Shown: positions 1 through 12,558, counted from the first letter of the stretch. The stretch is DNA of 64,000 nucleotides from Octopus sinensis (GCF_006345805.1 NW_021833258.1:1-64000); one strand, 5' to 3'. Program-made: numbers and translations. The notes: generated by a model not told the origin, from the sequence alone.

Positions 1-350
1 ATAACTAAAATTACAGTCTAGACGACCGGTCATGTCATTAGTCTTAACGTGTATTTTCTTTTTGATAGAAGACAGATTATTTTTATATCCCTAATCAAAT
101 AAAGTAATTATGACTAACTTTGGCCAGTCATACCCCACGGCCACTGCCATTACATTTCCGTCCCCACTAAAGAAACCACCCGTCAATGGATTGGAATAAT
201 CACGTGAAGTACAAATCTTTTCTTCACTACGAATGTTCCAGCCATAGTAAAATCCGTCCTTCCAGCGTAAGCAGTGTTTTTTGACCGGGTGGAAGGCCAT
301 TTAGTTTATCTACCCACCCACAAAGCACCATGTGAACATTCTGAAGGTAA
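1..350 (-). CDS. RAE1: 3' part of a RAE1/Gle2-like WD40 mRNA export factor (BUB3 is the alternative paralogue); disrupted by small indels and one in-frame TAA; 5' part not found
   Basis: The minus strand gives FTF(R)CH-like ... AFHPV ... DGFYYGW ... PLTGGFFSGDGNVMAVAVGYDWPK. This follows the RAE1 C-terminal pattern FTFKCHR..AFHP..GSDG..FWD..PI.ACCFN.NG.IFAYA.SYDWSKG. A 28-nt GT-AG intron at 91..118 is followed by G-Y-K if one G is restored. Confidence 0.6.
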
Positions 351-599
351 AATAGACAGGTGTGATATTATTTTTAAGGAAGATTTAGGAAGTTTATTTT
401 AACAAAGAAAGGATCATTCCCTATTGAAGAAGCAATTTTCTAAATTTTATTTTTTAATTTACAATTTCATAAAACGTTCTCATTTATTCTCGGACAGTCG
501 AGAAATAGGGCTTTATACATGTTAGGACAATCTAGATCGTGATGATGTTATATTTGTTATTTGTTCTAAAAATTCATCGGGATAAATTTCCATTTTACT

Positions 600-1130
600 C
601 AATACATTTTCCGATCTATTCAATCAAATAGTCTACAACAATTATGTCAAAGAAATTGTGAATTTTCGAAAAAATGCGTATGATGGCTGCTCTTGCTTTT
701 GTTACAACATTAAATGTTGCTCATTATTTTAAATATTTGTGATTACAATGATTTTCCAGAAAAGGCTTAACCCGTATTAGACTATGTAGAAGATAATTAG
801 ATAGGTCTTCTCGACTGCCAACATGTACGTCTTTGCTTGCGTTTTTTTATTAATTGTGGAATTGTTTTGAGGAATCAAAAATTGCTGGTCCTAAAAAATA
901 ACTTTTGTGAAGTATGACATCATTCTTTTAATTCTTTAATTGAAGCCTACCATCCTACTATTTTAAAATTCGTTGATGTTTTGAAGAAGAAAAAAGCAAG
1001 GAACAAATCTAAAATTGAACTGCTGATGTAGAAAAAACTACACAAAAGAAAAAATACAGAGATAATGCATTAAGAATTCAATATATTGTAAATGACTTTG
1101 ACAATCGCGAAATTCTTAATTACTCGCAAT
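600..1130 (+). mobile_element. Degenerate MULE-type transposase relic
   Basis: With stops and frameshifts: DYVEDN*IG...LWN...NNFCE.*HHSFNSLIEAYHPTILKFVDVLKK. This matches the MULE C-terminal pattern YFEDNYIG..WN..TNN..E.WH..FN..HP.I..F...LK. No termini found. Confidence 0.5.
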
Positions 1131-3189
1131 GTAATTATCGGCGATGAATTTGCCGGTTACCGCCTTCTATGTGTACCACATCATCATAGTGAGATATTGG
1201 ATGCTGAATATTCTTAAAAGTTTTGAGAATTTTCATTAGAATTAATTTTGACTTCGTAAGCGAACAAGGGATTTGAGCCACGAGAAGATATTATTTTAAA
1301 ATCATTTCAGATGTCTTTAAAATCTTAGACGTGAAAACTAAAGTTTATTAGAGTCCAATTTTAGGTTTTCGTATTTCTTGAATATATAAGTCTGATACAC
1401 GTGAAAGAAAGGTTTCGTGGTATAAATAAATAATTCTCTTTCTTTAAATTGATTAAAATTTTCCTCTCTTAATAAATTAGTTGAAGATCCACTTAATGAC
1501 GGTATAAATCTACTTTATGAGTGAATGTGTTCTTTAGATTATATTGGTGGATTTGTGAGTTTTTATTATTAGAAAAAAATGGAATTTTGATTTAAACATA
1601 GAATTCACTTTTTAAAATTATTTCAGAATAAAAAACAAATTTTTTTTGTTTAATGTATCGTATCAAATAATTTTATCTACATTTTTTAAGGCCTTCTAAT
1701 AATATTTATTTTTTGTGTTCTATGCGCACGAAAAAATTTTTATTGTTAAAAAGTATTATGTCCTCAAAATAAACTGATTATATACATAATACGTGCATTC
1801 GTTTCCATTCTCAGTCAATGATCAGTACAGTTAACTTAAAACCTCGAAATGAATTATTTTGAACTACCGTATTTACGGGAAACGACATAAAATATTTATA
1901 GCTATGACAAAAACGTGGTGAGTGTGATCGTTTAGCCTCAACTTTTATGACCTTTGATCTTCTTCCCAATTGTTCCGTCATCTACTTTCCCGGAAACTCA
2001 TAAAATTGACCAAAGAACGTACTTTTTAATTGAATATAGATTTTTCAACCATGGCGTCAATCCAATCAGTGACAATCAAGAAAAAGATTGGGAGGACATG
2101 GTAAGAGGGTTGACAACCATCAAGTTTTGGAAAAGACGAATAGTCTTATCGCTATAAGAGAGGAACTGAGAATGTCAGTAAGGAGTTGACTCTTTTACTA
2201 CAATACGAAAGAGAGAGGTGTCGATACGTAACATGTCAGCGGATAACTGTCCTAAAAGAAGAAACATTAATTAAAGATAATTATTTGATTTAATTATATT
2301 CTTGCTCTGATATTAGAATAAGAGTTTTGCTGATTATTCTAAGATCCAGATTCAAATCTTTTTATCATCCCAAGGAAACACAGTCATTATATCAGCGAAT
2401 ATAAAGAAGGGATGTAACTGGCCTGTTTGTTAACGTTAAGGAAAGAGGATCTTAAGAGTAAGAATCAGTTTTTCCCTTCTGTATGTTAAGCTAGTCTCAT
2501 TACATTTAAATAGATTTTTCCAGTTTTTCCCCTTCCGTTGGATTCCATCCTACCATATTTGTAGAACAGTTATGTGGCATGCCAAGCAGTCTTCGGTGTG
2601 TCTTCTGAATTGTTAGAAGCCTTAAAAAGACCCACTTAACTCCCTTAACTGGGCATCTCAGGCATCCTTAATCACCCGAGAAGAAATCCTAAGATGTATC
2701 AGCTTGTGTGCCGAAGATAGCATTCTTCTTAACCAAGTCAATCAAAGAGCTCTTACTAGATTTTTTGTAAGAACCATCGCTTTGTTCACAGTGACAGTCC
2801 TGTTTTTGTCAGAGAAGTACTGGTTGACAAGCCTTTTTTTAAAACGAAAGATGAGAGATTTGTCAGATTGTTTACGTTCTCACTAACCTGACATCTAGAA
2901 ACGGTCAAAAATTTTAAAAACAAAATATTATTGATTTGAAATTTGAAAAATGAATTGATGATTAAATTGTTATAGCACACTTTCTATGCCAATTTAATTT
3001 TTTGGTGTCAAAAATGGAGCTTTTCCCTTTTATGCCCCGCAACCACTGAAAGTCGCATTTTTATTGAGATTGCATTTATATACTTTTTACTATCATATGA
3101 AGTATCAGATTATGGATTACTATCCATATGGCCATGCGGCCACTTATTATTTACTATTAAATTACAAGTAAAAAGCTAATCAATTACAG

Positions 3190-3400
3190 TTTTAGTCTGC
3201 TACAATATTTTTATTAATTCGTTTAGAAAATTTATGTAAAAAATTCTGTTTAAATTCTTTGATAATTCCAATTTGGAAAGTAAAGTCGAGCTTATTACTG
3301 TTTGCCTCACAAAAACTTTTAAAACATGAAAAGTGTGAAAATTGACGTACTCCAAGTTGTGACTCGAATAACATCATTTTTTTCGAAATGCTTTAATTAT
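3190..3400 (-). mobile_element. Short hAT transposase C-terminal fragment
   Basis: ORF 3192..3377 (LFESQLGVRQFSHFSC) resembles the KL.LFE.Q....HFP region of the intact transposase at 33495..35288. Confidence 0.3.
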
Positions 3401-3617
3401 CCTGTAGAAATCACAAATCAAGTTTTCCTTTTCTTGTAATTTCAGATTTAGCTCATTACTGCTAGTTGTAACATCAACCAAAAATGATAATTTTGATAGC
3501 CAAGCAAGATCTGATAATTCCGAATAATAGTTATTTTTACTGGTTAGAAAAATATCAATCTCAATTTGGAGTTTATAAAATTTAATTAATACATTACCAC
3601 ACCTAAACCATCTAGGC

Positions 3618-4501
3618 CAGGGGTTCTCAACTTTTTTAGCTCAAGGGCCAAATCGATAATTAAGATTAGCTTCGCGGGCCGCACAAAAAATATTTTATAT
3701 ATTTTCCATTTTACTAAATATTGATTCGCATAAATATGTAGATTCATATATGCATTATGTGTTATATTTTTGAATTTGTCTTGAGGAATTAATTTGTAAA
3801 AATTAATAATGGACGCATTTTTGAACAATGCCGCCAGTTCTATATCATGTTGTAAATTAATGAGTTCTAGTTGAAACTTTGCAGGCGCATCCTTAATTTC
3901 CACGCTGAATGGAGTTGCGAATATTTTCATTAAAGGAAGGAATTCTTTAAAATTCTAAAAATTAAATTTATATAATGTACCCCAAAACGTGTTTCAAATT
4001 GATTAATTAAATCACCAATTATGGATATGTTTTTTTTTGTTTAACCTTAAGAATGAATAATTAAATTTAAACATTATTAAAAAATTCACACAGCCAGTCC
4101 TCACATATGGCTACGAGGGCTGGTACGGTACGGAGGAGAGTGACTACCTGATCGAACAGTTGGAAAAGACAAGACGTTTCGCTATGAAATTGGCTTACGG
4201 AGTACAACTTGACGGAAGGTTAAAAGACTCACAAGAATCCTCTGTGCCCACGATCCGGATGGTCTTGGAGAATTGTCGTCAAACATGACTAGTATTGGGG
4301 ATACGCATGGAAAGAGACACTTCGGTGCCTTGTTTTTATCTCCCCGCCGATGATTTCTTCTTTGTTTTTCTTTTCGCTCAATAAACGCTATTCTATTCTT
4401 CTATTCTATTAAAAAATTAAAAAAGTTAGTTACTCTAGAGGGGCCGCAAAAAAATCCTGGGGGCCACATGCGGCCCCGGGGGCCGCATTTGAGAACCGCT
4501 G
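3618..4501 (-). mobile_element. Internally deleted hAT (GTF2IRD2/SPIN-like) element containing a LINE insertion
   Basis: TIRs CAGGGGTTCTCAA / CAGCGGTTCTCAA. Perfect 8-bp TSD ATCTAGGC (3610-3617, 4502-4509). ORF 3586..3930 carries a hAT dimerisation-region fragment (PF..FQLELINLQ..FYK). Confidence 0.85.
4087..4406 (+). mobile_element. 5'-truncated LINE copy (same family as 23417..24248)
   Basis: Near-identical to 23932..24248. (CTATT)n tail. 12-bp TSD TATTAAAAAATT (4075-4086, 4407-4418). Confidence 0.9.
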
Positions 4502-4687
4502 ATCTAGGCCTTAGATTAATAAGGTTTGAATAACCATACGGGGATCCATTTACTATTATTGCAAAATTGTCTAACATTTTGTCAATGTAGAAAATAGAGA
4601 TGAATTATCCTTACTTTTTGACCTTTGTAATTTATAAACAATAAGTCTTTTCAAAACAGGTTCATGACCTATGTGAATCTCCTAAAT

Positions 4688-5080
4688 CAGTGGTTCTCAA
4701 ACTTTTTTGCCTTGCATACCCCTTGCCATCTAAATAATTTTTCGCGTACCCTTTATCGATTTTTAAAAAATTAAAGAAAAAATATTTAATTAATGAGATG
4801 GATGGTGTTGTTTATCAACCACTAATCTATCAATTTCTAGATTCTTTGAGGAATGACATACGAATATCATGAACAACATTCAGCCTCACACGATGAAATG
4901 ATTTTAAACTAAACAACGATGAAAATCCTTGTTTGCAGATATATGTAGTCGGAAACAAAATCAAAAATTCAATTATATAAAATTCAATGTTGTGACATTT
5001 TGATATCATTTACATTAAAATTCAATTAATTGTGCCAAAAATTAAATAAATTTTCGCGTACCTCAGTTTGAGAACCACTG
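4688..5080. mobile_element. hAT MITE, deletion derivative of the family at 54911..57053
   Basis: TIRs CAGTGGTTCTCAAAC at both ends. The internal sequence follows 54911..55270 closely. Degenerate TSD TCCTAAAT / TCCAAAT. Confidence 0.85.
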
Positions 5081-5284
5081 TCCAAATGTTTGGTTCCTCA
5101 ATTATAAAAAAATGATTCTTATATTCATAGTATTAAAAATTATAGTTAATCACAAGTTATAAAATCTTAAAAAATACGGAAAGTAGCATAATGGTCAATA
5201 TCTCTCTAGGAATTGAAAGGTCACTTCGTGGAATTTTATTATTATGGCGAACTAAGTTAAAATTTAATAATAAATAATTCTAGA

Positions 5285-5400
5285 GAGTCATCCTGAGAAA
5301 TCCTGGCTCTTGGAACGTCTGTCGATCGACGCGATCCGCGGGAATGGCTCCGCTAGGCGGGCCGAGCGCCTCGTGAGATTATTGGTTAAATCATCTCAAA
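5285..5400 (+). mobile_element. 3'-terminal remnant of a CRE-type RLE retrotransposon
   Basis: Translates to ..EKSWLLERLSIDAIRGNGSA, the WL.QR.SIAI.RGN end motif seen in the other CRE copies here. Confidence 0.5.
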
Positions 5401-6777
5401 TTTGACTATAAATTTTTTGGTTGACATCGTTTAAGGCAACAGAATCTGCTCCTAACAAGAACATCATTTCACAGATAGTCGACGATGCAATTCAAATAAT
5501 TTGGTTCAAAGGGAAAATTCCCTTTGTTAATATCGGATTTTGCAAATTGTATGAAATCAGGTAAAATTTAATGTTTAGCTGCCAAAAATACTTAAAAATT
5601 TTTACTTCATTTCACATGTGCCGTTCACACCATTGTTTTGGAAAATAAGAGACTCTTATCCTGAAATTGATTTAAGAATAGCTACTGTACAAGCTGCAAT
5701 TAACAAGAACAATAAAAGAAAATCAGAAACTTTGCCGTTCCACTTCGTGTCCATTTAACAAGATGGGGGTCCTGACTTGATTCAGAAAATCTGATGAGTT
5801 TAAAATATTTCCGAATCCTTCGCGAATAATGAATGAACTGGTAAAGAACGTGTTATTATTATTATTAGAACCAAGATCACCGTCCAAAACATAAAACTAA
5901 TTAATCAGGTGATCCCGGCTTCTCTGAGGAGGGTCCTCAACTTTGCCCGGTGCTCCTCCCTTGTCCCGGCACAATTTCTGTGAGGGCGCGGAACGTAATA
6001 ATTCGATCCTAACTCAGGTTACTGCTCGCATGTTAAGAAAAAGAGAGGGAAAGGCATCGCGGCTTTCGGTATTTAAAGAGCTCTCCACTTCGATGAAACT
6101 ATCGAAATTTCCGAAACGATCTCGAGTGACCGACATATTCATTGATCGGAATTAATAGCATTCGATTTTGCTTCCAGGCTGAAAAATGAAACGAACTTTG
6201 AAAAAGCTCGATTGTCCCAATCAATCGTCTTGTTTAATCTTTCAGTTACTAAGAGCTGTTTCCTACCTCTTTTTGGCTTACAATAAAAATTTTTCATTCT
6301 TTCAAACTGTCATTTTATAATATTTATTTTGTCAAAATCGATTTTGAAATAGAATTGTACGTCTCGTGAAGCCATTAGGTAATTTCTAACTCTCTTGTAT
6401 GCATTTACGTTTAGTGGTATTATTTCGTTTGTATGAATTGTGATTATCTCTTTAATACAAACACTTTGATGTAGTATGGACAGGGTACTAAAGCTTGATA
6501 GAAGTAATAAAAAAACCTCAAAAGAGGCACAAAAATATGATAACCAGATAATCCCTACACACGGAAATCTTTAGTAAAAGGCGAAAGATTTATACGCTTT
6601 GCATAGGAATCAGATTAAACAATTTTATAACCCGTTATTGTGTAATAATCATTCAAAAGTAGATTTATAATATGTATAATTTTGCTTTAAATTGTCAAAA
6701 TTGACACTATAAATTATTCTCTTATTAACCGAGCTTTAATAATATGAATAAATAATTTTTTAAATTAATTTAATGTA

Positions 6778-8095
6778 CAGTAAACATCGTTAATTGCATA
6801 ACATTTGTCCACGGAAAATCGTATGCAATTAACCGATATATGCAATTATCCGATATTTTAATAAACATCAATAAATTTTTAATAGGCAAGAATAGAAAAT
6901 AATCAAAGACGTTAAAGAATCATTAATGTTGGACTGGCTAGTCTTCTGGCAAAGGCGTAGAGGGCTTTTTTCTAGTTCAAAAAAAGTTTTCCATATCCAT
7001 TTCACTCGTTAAATAGCTGTTAATAAGAAACAACATGCACCCATAGCTTCCGAACTGGTTGCTTTCACGGGTATGGGATCTTCATCGTCCTCATCGTCTT
7101 CACAAGAAATATCTCTTGAAATTAAACATATTTCTTCATCGGACATGATTCCGATACATTCTTCATCCTCATTAGCAACATCCATCGTTATTTCGTCACA
7201 TTCAATGTCACTAAACATATTTTCCCCCACTTCCTCATGGAATCCAGCCTTACGGAAACAGTTGTAAATTGTTACTATTTTGACTTCCCTCCAAGCCATT
7301 TTAATAATAATTAAATTTTAAAATTACAAATTATAATTATGCAAAAATTTTTATAAGAAAAAATAGTAAATGTTCCCAATGAGAGTATGCAATTAACCGA
7401 TTTATGCAATTAACCGATATGCAATTAGCCGATATTTTTTCAATGGAAACCATATAAGTTATGGTTTTAAACATGAATTTATGCCATTAACCGATTTATG
7501 CAATTAACCGATATGCAATTAGCCGATATTTTTTCAATGGAAACCATATAAGTTATGGTTTTAAACATGAATTTATGCCATTAACCGATTTATGCAATTA
7601 ACCGATATGCAATTAGCCGATATTTTTTCAATGGAACCATATAAGTTATGGTTTTAAACATGAATTTATGCCATTAACCGATTTATGCAATTAACCGATA
7701 TGCAATTAGCGATATTTTTTCAATGGAAACCATATAAGTTATGGTTTTAAACATGATTTATGCCATTAACCGATTTATGCAATAACCGATATGCAATTAG
7801 CCGATATTTTTTCAATGGAAACCATATAAGTTATGGTTTTAAACATGAATTTATGCCATTAACCGATTTATGCAATTAACCGATATGCAATTAGCCGATA
7901 TTTTTTCAATGGAAACCATATAAGTTATGGTTTTAAACATGAATTTATGCCATTAACCGATTTATGCAATTAACCGATATGCAATTAGCCGATATTTTTT
8001 CAATGGAAACCATATAAGTTATGGTTTTAAACATGAATTTATGCCATTAACCGATTTATGCAATTAACCGATATGCAATTAACCGATGTTTACTG
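6778..8095 (-). mobile_element. Non-autonomous pogo/Tigger element with an internal tandem array
   Basis: TIRs CAGTAAACATCG(G)TTAATTGCAT with TA on both sides (6776-77, 8096-97). ORF 7009..7299 AW..V...TIYNCFRKAGF plus an acidic tail is the Tigger transposase C-terminus. Confidence 0.85.
7387..8090. repeat. About 7.5 copies of a 94-bp tandem repeat
   Basis: Unit starts at 7387, 7481, 7575, 7668, 7760, 7853, 7947, 8041. Each unit has three ATGCAATTAACCGAT-like motifs and an AAACCATA-TAAGT-TATGGTTT hairpin. Confidence 0.95.
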
Positions 8096-8257
8096 TATTC
8101 AGCACATTAAAGGACGATTATTAAAATGATAGAAGATTGAAAACATGTCTTGTAAAACAAAATCAACAAGTGGCAACCCAAGTTTTTTAGCATTTAGGCA
8201 TATATAAACACATTACTGATACCACATTTATCATATAAGAAATACATTATTTTATAC

Positions 8258-9229
8258 CAGTGATTTTCAAGTGCGGCCCCTATGAATATTCATGAATAAA
8301 AAATTCTCACGTTATTTTATTTGTTGTTTTGATGTCGGTTTCTGAACGTTGTCGAAAAATTTCCGAGGAAAATAGGATTTTTCAACACATCTGGGCAGAA
8401 AAATATTTCATTATTGAGGTCAATGGAAAAACTCTTTGCCTAATATGCAATTCTATTATTGTAACTCTAAAAACGTATACAATCGAACGGCACTACCGTT
8501 CCCACTCTATTCTTTCTGACAAATTCACTGGTGTTTCTCGGACGAAAAAACTAAAACAAATGAAAGAAGATTATTTAAAACGATCATCCACTCTCAAAAG
8601 TGGCACATATTTGTCTAATATTAACCTGGCATCATACAAAATTAGTTACCTATTGGCTAAAAATATGAAGCCTTATTCTGATGGCGAATTATATAAAACG
8701 GCAATCGAAATATTTGCATCGGAATGTTGTTCGCCCGCTGTTTTCGATATTGCACACAATTTACCTCTAAGTAACGATACAGTATGAAAATTGTTTCGTA
8801 ATTTTTAGAATTTGTAAAGATTTTCAATATTATTCCTTTGCGCTTGAATGTTCCAAAGATATTTTAGATATCGAACAATTAGAAGTGTTTGTAAGGGGAG
8901 TAAGAGGACTTATGAATAAATGGAGGTGTGATAATAACTGGACTCCAGTATTATGGCATCATTGCATTATTCATCAGGAAAACCTAATTTCCAAAAATAT
9001 TAAAATGAAAAATTTAGCGATGTTTGAATCAACATATTTCTGCGAATCGACACTTAGTAAACTTGTCCGAATTAAAACAAAGTTTCGCAGCAGATTGACT
9101 GATACTCATCTATGTGATTTGTTACGTACTTCAACTAGTAGAATTAAACCTAATTTTGATTATTTAGTTAATAAATAATTGTTAAAAATTTTTGCGGCCC
9201 CTGAGTAAAGAAGCTTGAGAATCACTGTT
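8258..9229 (+). mobile_element. Internally deleted hAT (GTF2IRD2/SPIN-like) element
   Basis: TIRs CAGTGATTTTCAAG / CAGTGATTCTCAAG. Degenerate TSD TTTTATAC / TTCTAAAC. ORFs give the zf-BED-like N-terminus (CLIC..RHY), HCIIH and STYFCES..RSRLTD.HL; the middle is deleted. Confidence 0.85.
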
Positions 9230-9515
9230 CTAAACCAACTAAAAGTAAATGCGCCACAAAGAAGAATCAGAATATTTTCAGTTTAATAAAACAACCGGGG
9301 AATGCCCGATATATCAACAAACTCTGAATTGTATGTTTTACGCCAGAAAAAGAAATTATTTATTTTAATTAATTCAGAATTATATAAATTATTAAAAGTT
9401 TTGGAAACTATGTCTGAAACGACTTAATCTCTAATCCACCTCTTGTTTTATTTAAATGAATATTTTAATTAATAAGATTAGATTAAAATAATTTTCTTAC
9501 AATAAATTTATCACT

Positions 9516-11163
9516 ATGTTCATGTTGCTCACTCTTGTTGCAATTTGTGCAATATTGGTGATTATTTGTGCATTAATCCCTTCAATAAAACTATATTTTG
9601 TAATATAACTTAATATTAATTAAAGAAACAAATCCCCGAACTCCACTTTGAGGAGGACTCGGACATCCTCATCGCTGGAGCAGGCGTGTTCGGTTGTGCC
9701 TTTGGGTATGCCATGGCTCAACTCGGCCACAAAGTCACAATAATAGAAAAAGACATCCACAATAACACATCCAAATTACTGGGGGAATATCTCCAGCCTG
9801 GAGGAATACTAGCCTTGGAAAAACTCGGAATGAAGGGTTCTTTCACTTCTAATTTATCCTCACAGATTGTATCGAAGGAACTCTGGAAACGAAGGGATAT
9901 GTCCTCCACCACCACGACTCGGACAGCCAAGTAGATATTTCGTATTCATATGGCGGGAAAACTCCTATAAATGGGGTCACTTTCCATTACTATCAATTTA
10001 TTGACGCCCTTCGAAGAAAAGCCACATCAAATAAATTGTAAATATGATTTAAAGGCAGCTTAATAGACTTACCATAATTCCAGGAAATGTCACCAGAATT
10101 GTCAAAACGGCGGGAATTGTGGTTGGTTTTGAGTATGAAAATGGCGGGAAACAAAAAGTGGAATTGTCCCTTTAAGTAGATAGGTTTTGAAGGCCAGACT
10201 GAATGTGATAGCGGATGGTGGTCTATCCAAATTACGGTCCCAAATCCACCAAAAAACGCGGGAAACTCGATTTTCGTATTTCATTGGTTGTGTGCTCGAG
10301 GACTGTCCTCAAACAAGAGAGGACTACGCAGACATTATCCTCACTGACTCTTCTCCTATTCTTGTTTATCGAATATCCAAATCACAGTCTCGGCTTTTTG
10401 TGGATGTTGTGAAAGTCCCGACTAATATTCCTGCCTTTATATATGAGGAGATTATTCCCCGATTGCCTGGTTGAGTTACTGGGGTCATATATTTAAGAAA
10501 GTATGCGACCTTCTGTTGAGGATGCTGTGAATAATGCAGATATGATGGTAATGCCCTGCAGGAGTACTGCTAATTCGTTTCCGACAGTCCCCGGGCTGAT
10601 CCAAGGAGGAGACTCGTTCAATACAAGACATCCTTTGACTGGAGCAGGGTTGACTGTTGCTCTTTATGATGCCATTCTCCTTCGAAATAGACTTGAGGGG
10701 GTGGACTTGAGTAACTACCGGGCTGTTCTTAGGAGACTTGGGACATTTTCTATCGAAAGAGCCCTCAACCACTCGTTTGTGGTCAATGTCATGTCCTTTG
10801 CTCTCTACCAGGTGTTTGCCCCTGTTGACGGTCGGTTTTTGTGTATATTTTTAGAAGTAGGTCGGAATATCCGTTCTGCTTGTGTTGCCTATCTCCAAAG
10901 GAAGGGGGAGTGTTTGGCTGGCCCGACTAATCTGTTGGCAATGTTGGGTTGTGTCTGAATATTTTAGTTCGGTGTCTTCTCCTTTTATATTTTTTTATCA
11001 TTTTGGGTCGGTGGCTTTGCATTCTTGTTATCTTATTGGAAAGTCCCATTCGCTGAGGTGTCCTCATTTGATTGCTCGTGACGTATTTATTCATTTGATT
11101 AAGGCTTGTTGCATTGTTGGTCCTCTCATTTGGAATGACATTCGAACTATTCTATCCATTTAA
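9516..11163 (+). CDS. SQLE: Squalene epoxidase (squalene monooxygenase), 8 exons, 486 aa
   Basis: Exons 9516-9599, 9626-9836, 9866-10037, 10067-10157, 10184-10469, 10498-10830, 10855-10942, 10968-11163 total 1461 nt, open to TAA. GT-AG introns are 26, 29, 29, 26, 28, 24, 25 nt. Motifs: N-terminal hydrophobic segment, DILIAGAGVFG (FAD), GEYLQPGG, IADGGLSKLR, GDSFNTRHPLTGAGLTV, VVNVMSFALY, GECLAGP..LL, HF..VAL. Confidence 0.95.
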
Positions 11164-11210
11164 TCATTTTGAGGATGTTAATACTTTTGATTTATACTTA
11201 TTTTTTTAAT

Positions 11211-11216
11211 AATAAA
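11211..11216 (+). promoter_or_regulatory. Probable polyadenylation signal of SQLE
   Basis: AATAAA 48 nt after the stop codon. AT-rich context makes chance occurrence possible. Confidence 0.4.
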
Positions 11217-11988
11217 CTTGATTTATTAAATAGTTTTTGCAGGTGATCTGGAGAAGTCATTTTATCGGATACCCGGGAAAAAGTTTATTTGCAAAAGTTA
11301 GTTGACGACTACCGGAGATGCCATTCTTTGACAAAAGCTTTGAAAAATCGAAATACTGATGTTTTACCGAAAAGTATAATTTTGTACAATTTTTGTTTGA
11401 AACGAGTGGTTTAATGGTGAGAAAGAGAGACTTTTGAACAAACTGGGAAGCATGATTTCAAACCCACACTAGATAAAAAGAAAGCTGGAATGTCTGTTGC
11501 AAAGGATTTCATGACAGATTCTGAAAAAAAACTTTTTATTTAGCAGGGGACAATCGATTTCAAATTCGTGAACAAATATTGAAATTATATTTGATTGGAA
11601 ATATATTACTAGCGGTGCGCGTTGCAAAAATCAATTTTTATAACTAAAATAGAACAATTTCTATTATTATGTCGTGTCCCATGCTGGCTACATATTACCT
11701 GTCAACATATCATTTTTATTGGCACAAATTTACACAAGAAATGTCGTTGTTTAGACCACCAATAGCAGTCAAACTTTTTGCATCTAAGCCGAGTGATTCA
11801 TAATATTTTACAGCGGGGATTACGATGACTGTAGATTAGTAAAAAAACCGAGAATTTGATGAAAGGGGGTTCGCAGAGTGACGCATAGTCCCACATATTA
11901 ATGACGGAATAAACGAAATTCAATTCACATAACCTATTTTGAACGTAATCGGCATTTTATGTAAAATTTTGCAGAACTTGCATTAAAG

Positions 11989-12558
11989 CAGCAATTCCCA
12001 ACTGGGGTGCTGCTCCAAAAGAAAAGTGGCCGAGGAATTAGAGCTTTAATATTTAAAATTAAAATTTATTTATAGTTGTATAAGTTATTTTAATTCAATT
12101 AAAGAAACTTGAAAATTTTAAAATTAAAATAGTTAGTTATGAGCAATTTTTTTGGTGGTTCACATCCTCAATCTTCGGCGAATAAAAAACAAAAAAATAT
12201 GAATTTATTCTGAAAAATATTTGAACTATGGATTTACATAGAATAGAGATTGTGCATTGCCACTACCAAGGTGTATTGTATGCAGTAAAATTCTTTCAAA
12301 TGATGGGATGGTCCCGTCTAAGATGAAAAGCCATTTAGCCACTATGCACTTTTCTTTAAGAGATAAGAAATCATCATATTTCGAGAACATGTTAAAATCC
12401 CAGGAGACTCAAAGTGCCACATTCGTTAAAACACTTCACGTTTCTCAAAGAGCTTTAGATGACTTCTCTGATTTCTAATGAATATTGATTTTTTGAGTGC
12501 CGGGAGAAAAAAAACCTAGTTTTAGGTACCGCGAGCACAAAAAAGTTGGGAAACGCTG
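11989..12558 (+). mobile_element. Short internally deleted hAT (Buster/ZBED5-like) element
   Basis: TIRs CAGCAATTCCCAA / CAGCGTTTCCCAA. Perfect TSD CATTAAAG. The ORF has PRCIVCSKILSNDGMVPSKMKSHL (zf-BED of Buster type). Confidence 0.85.

Noticed and set aside
280-303. In-frame TAA in the RAE1-like fragment as a sign of a variant genetic code
   Set aside because: TAA terminates SQLE, OPRT and the Tc1 transposase at the expected places; the aligned residue would be Ser, one substitution from TCA.
5900-6260. GC-richer segments that may be LINE 3' ends (also 14040-14200, 31390-31600, 42060-42360, 43780-44550, 47290-47900)
   Set aside because: Only weak motif resemblance through multiple stops; not enough to annotate without a search.
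7387-8090. Possible CRISPR-like array (also the 44.8-kb and 61-kb arrays)
   Set aside because: Units are contiguous and near-identical with no unique spacers; no cas genes; eukaryotic context.
10831-10854. Reading through the 24-nt in-frame SQLE intron as the ORF track does
   Set aside because: The spliced form (QVFAPVDEVGRNIRSAC) matches the length of the homologous segment as I recall it; the segment has GT-AG ends and a T-rich body.
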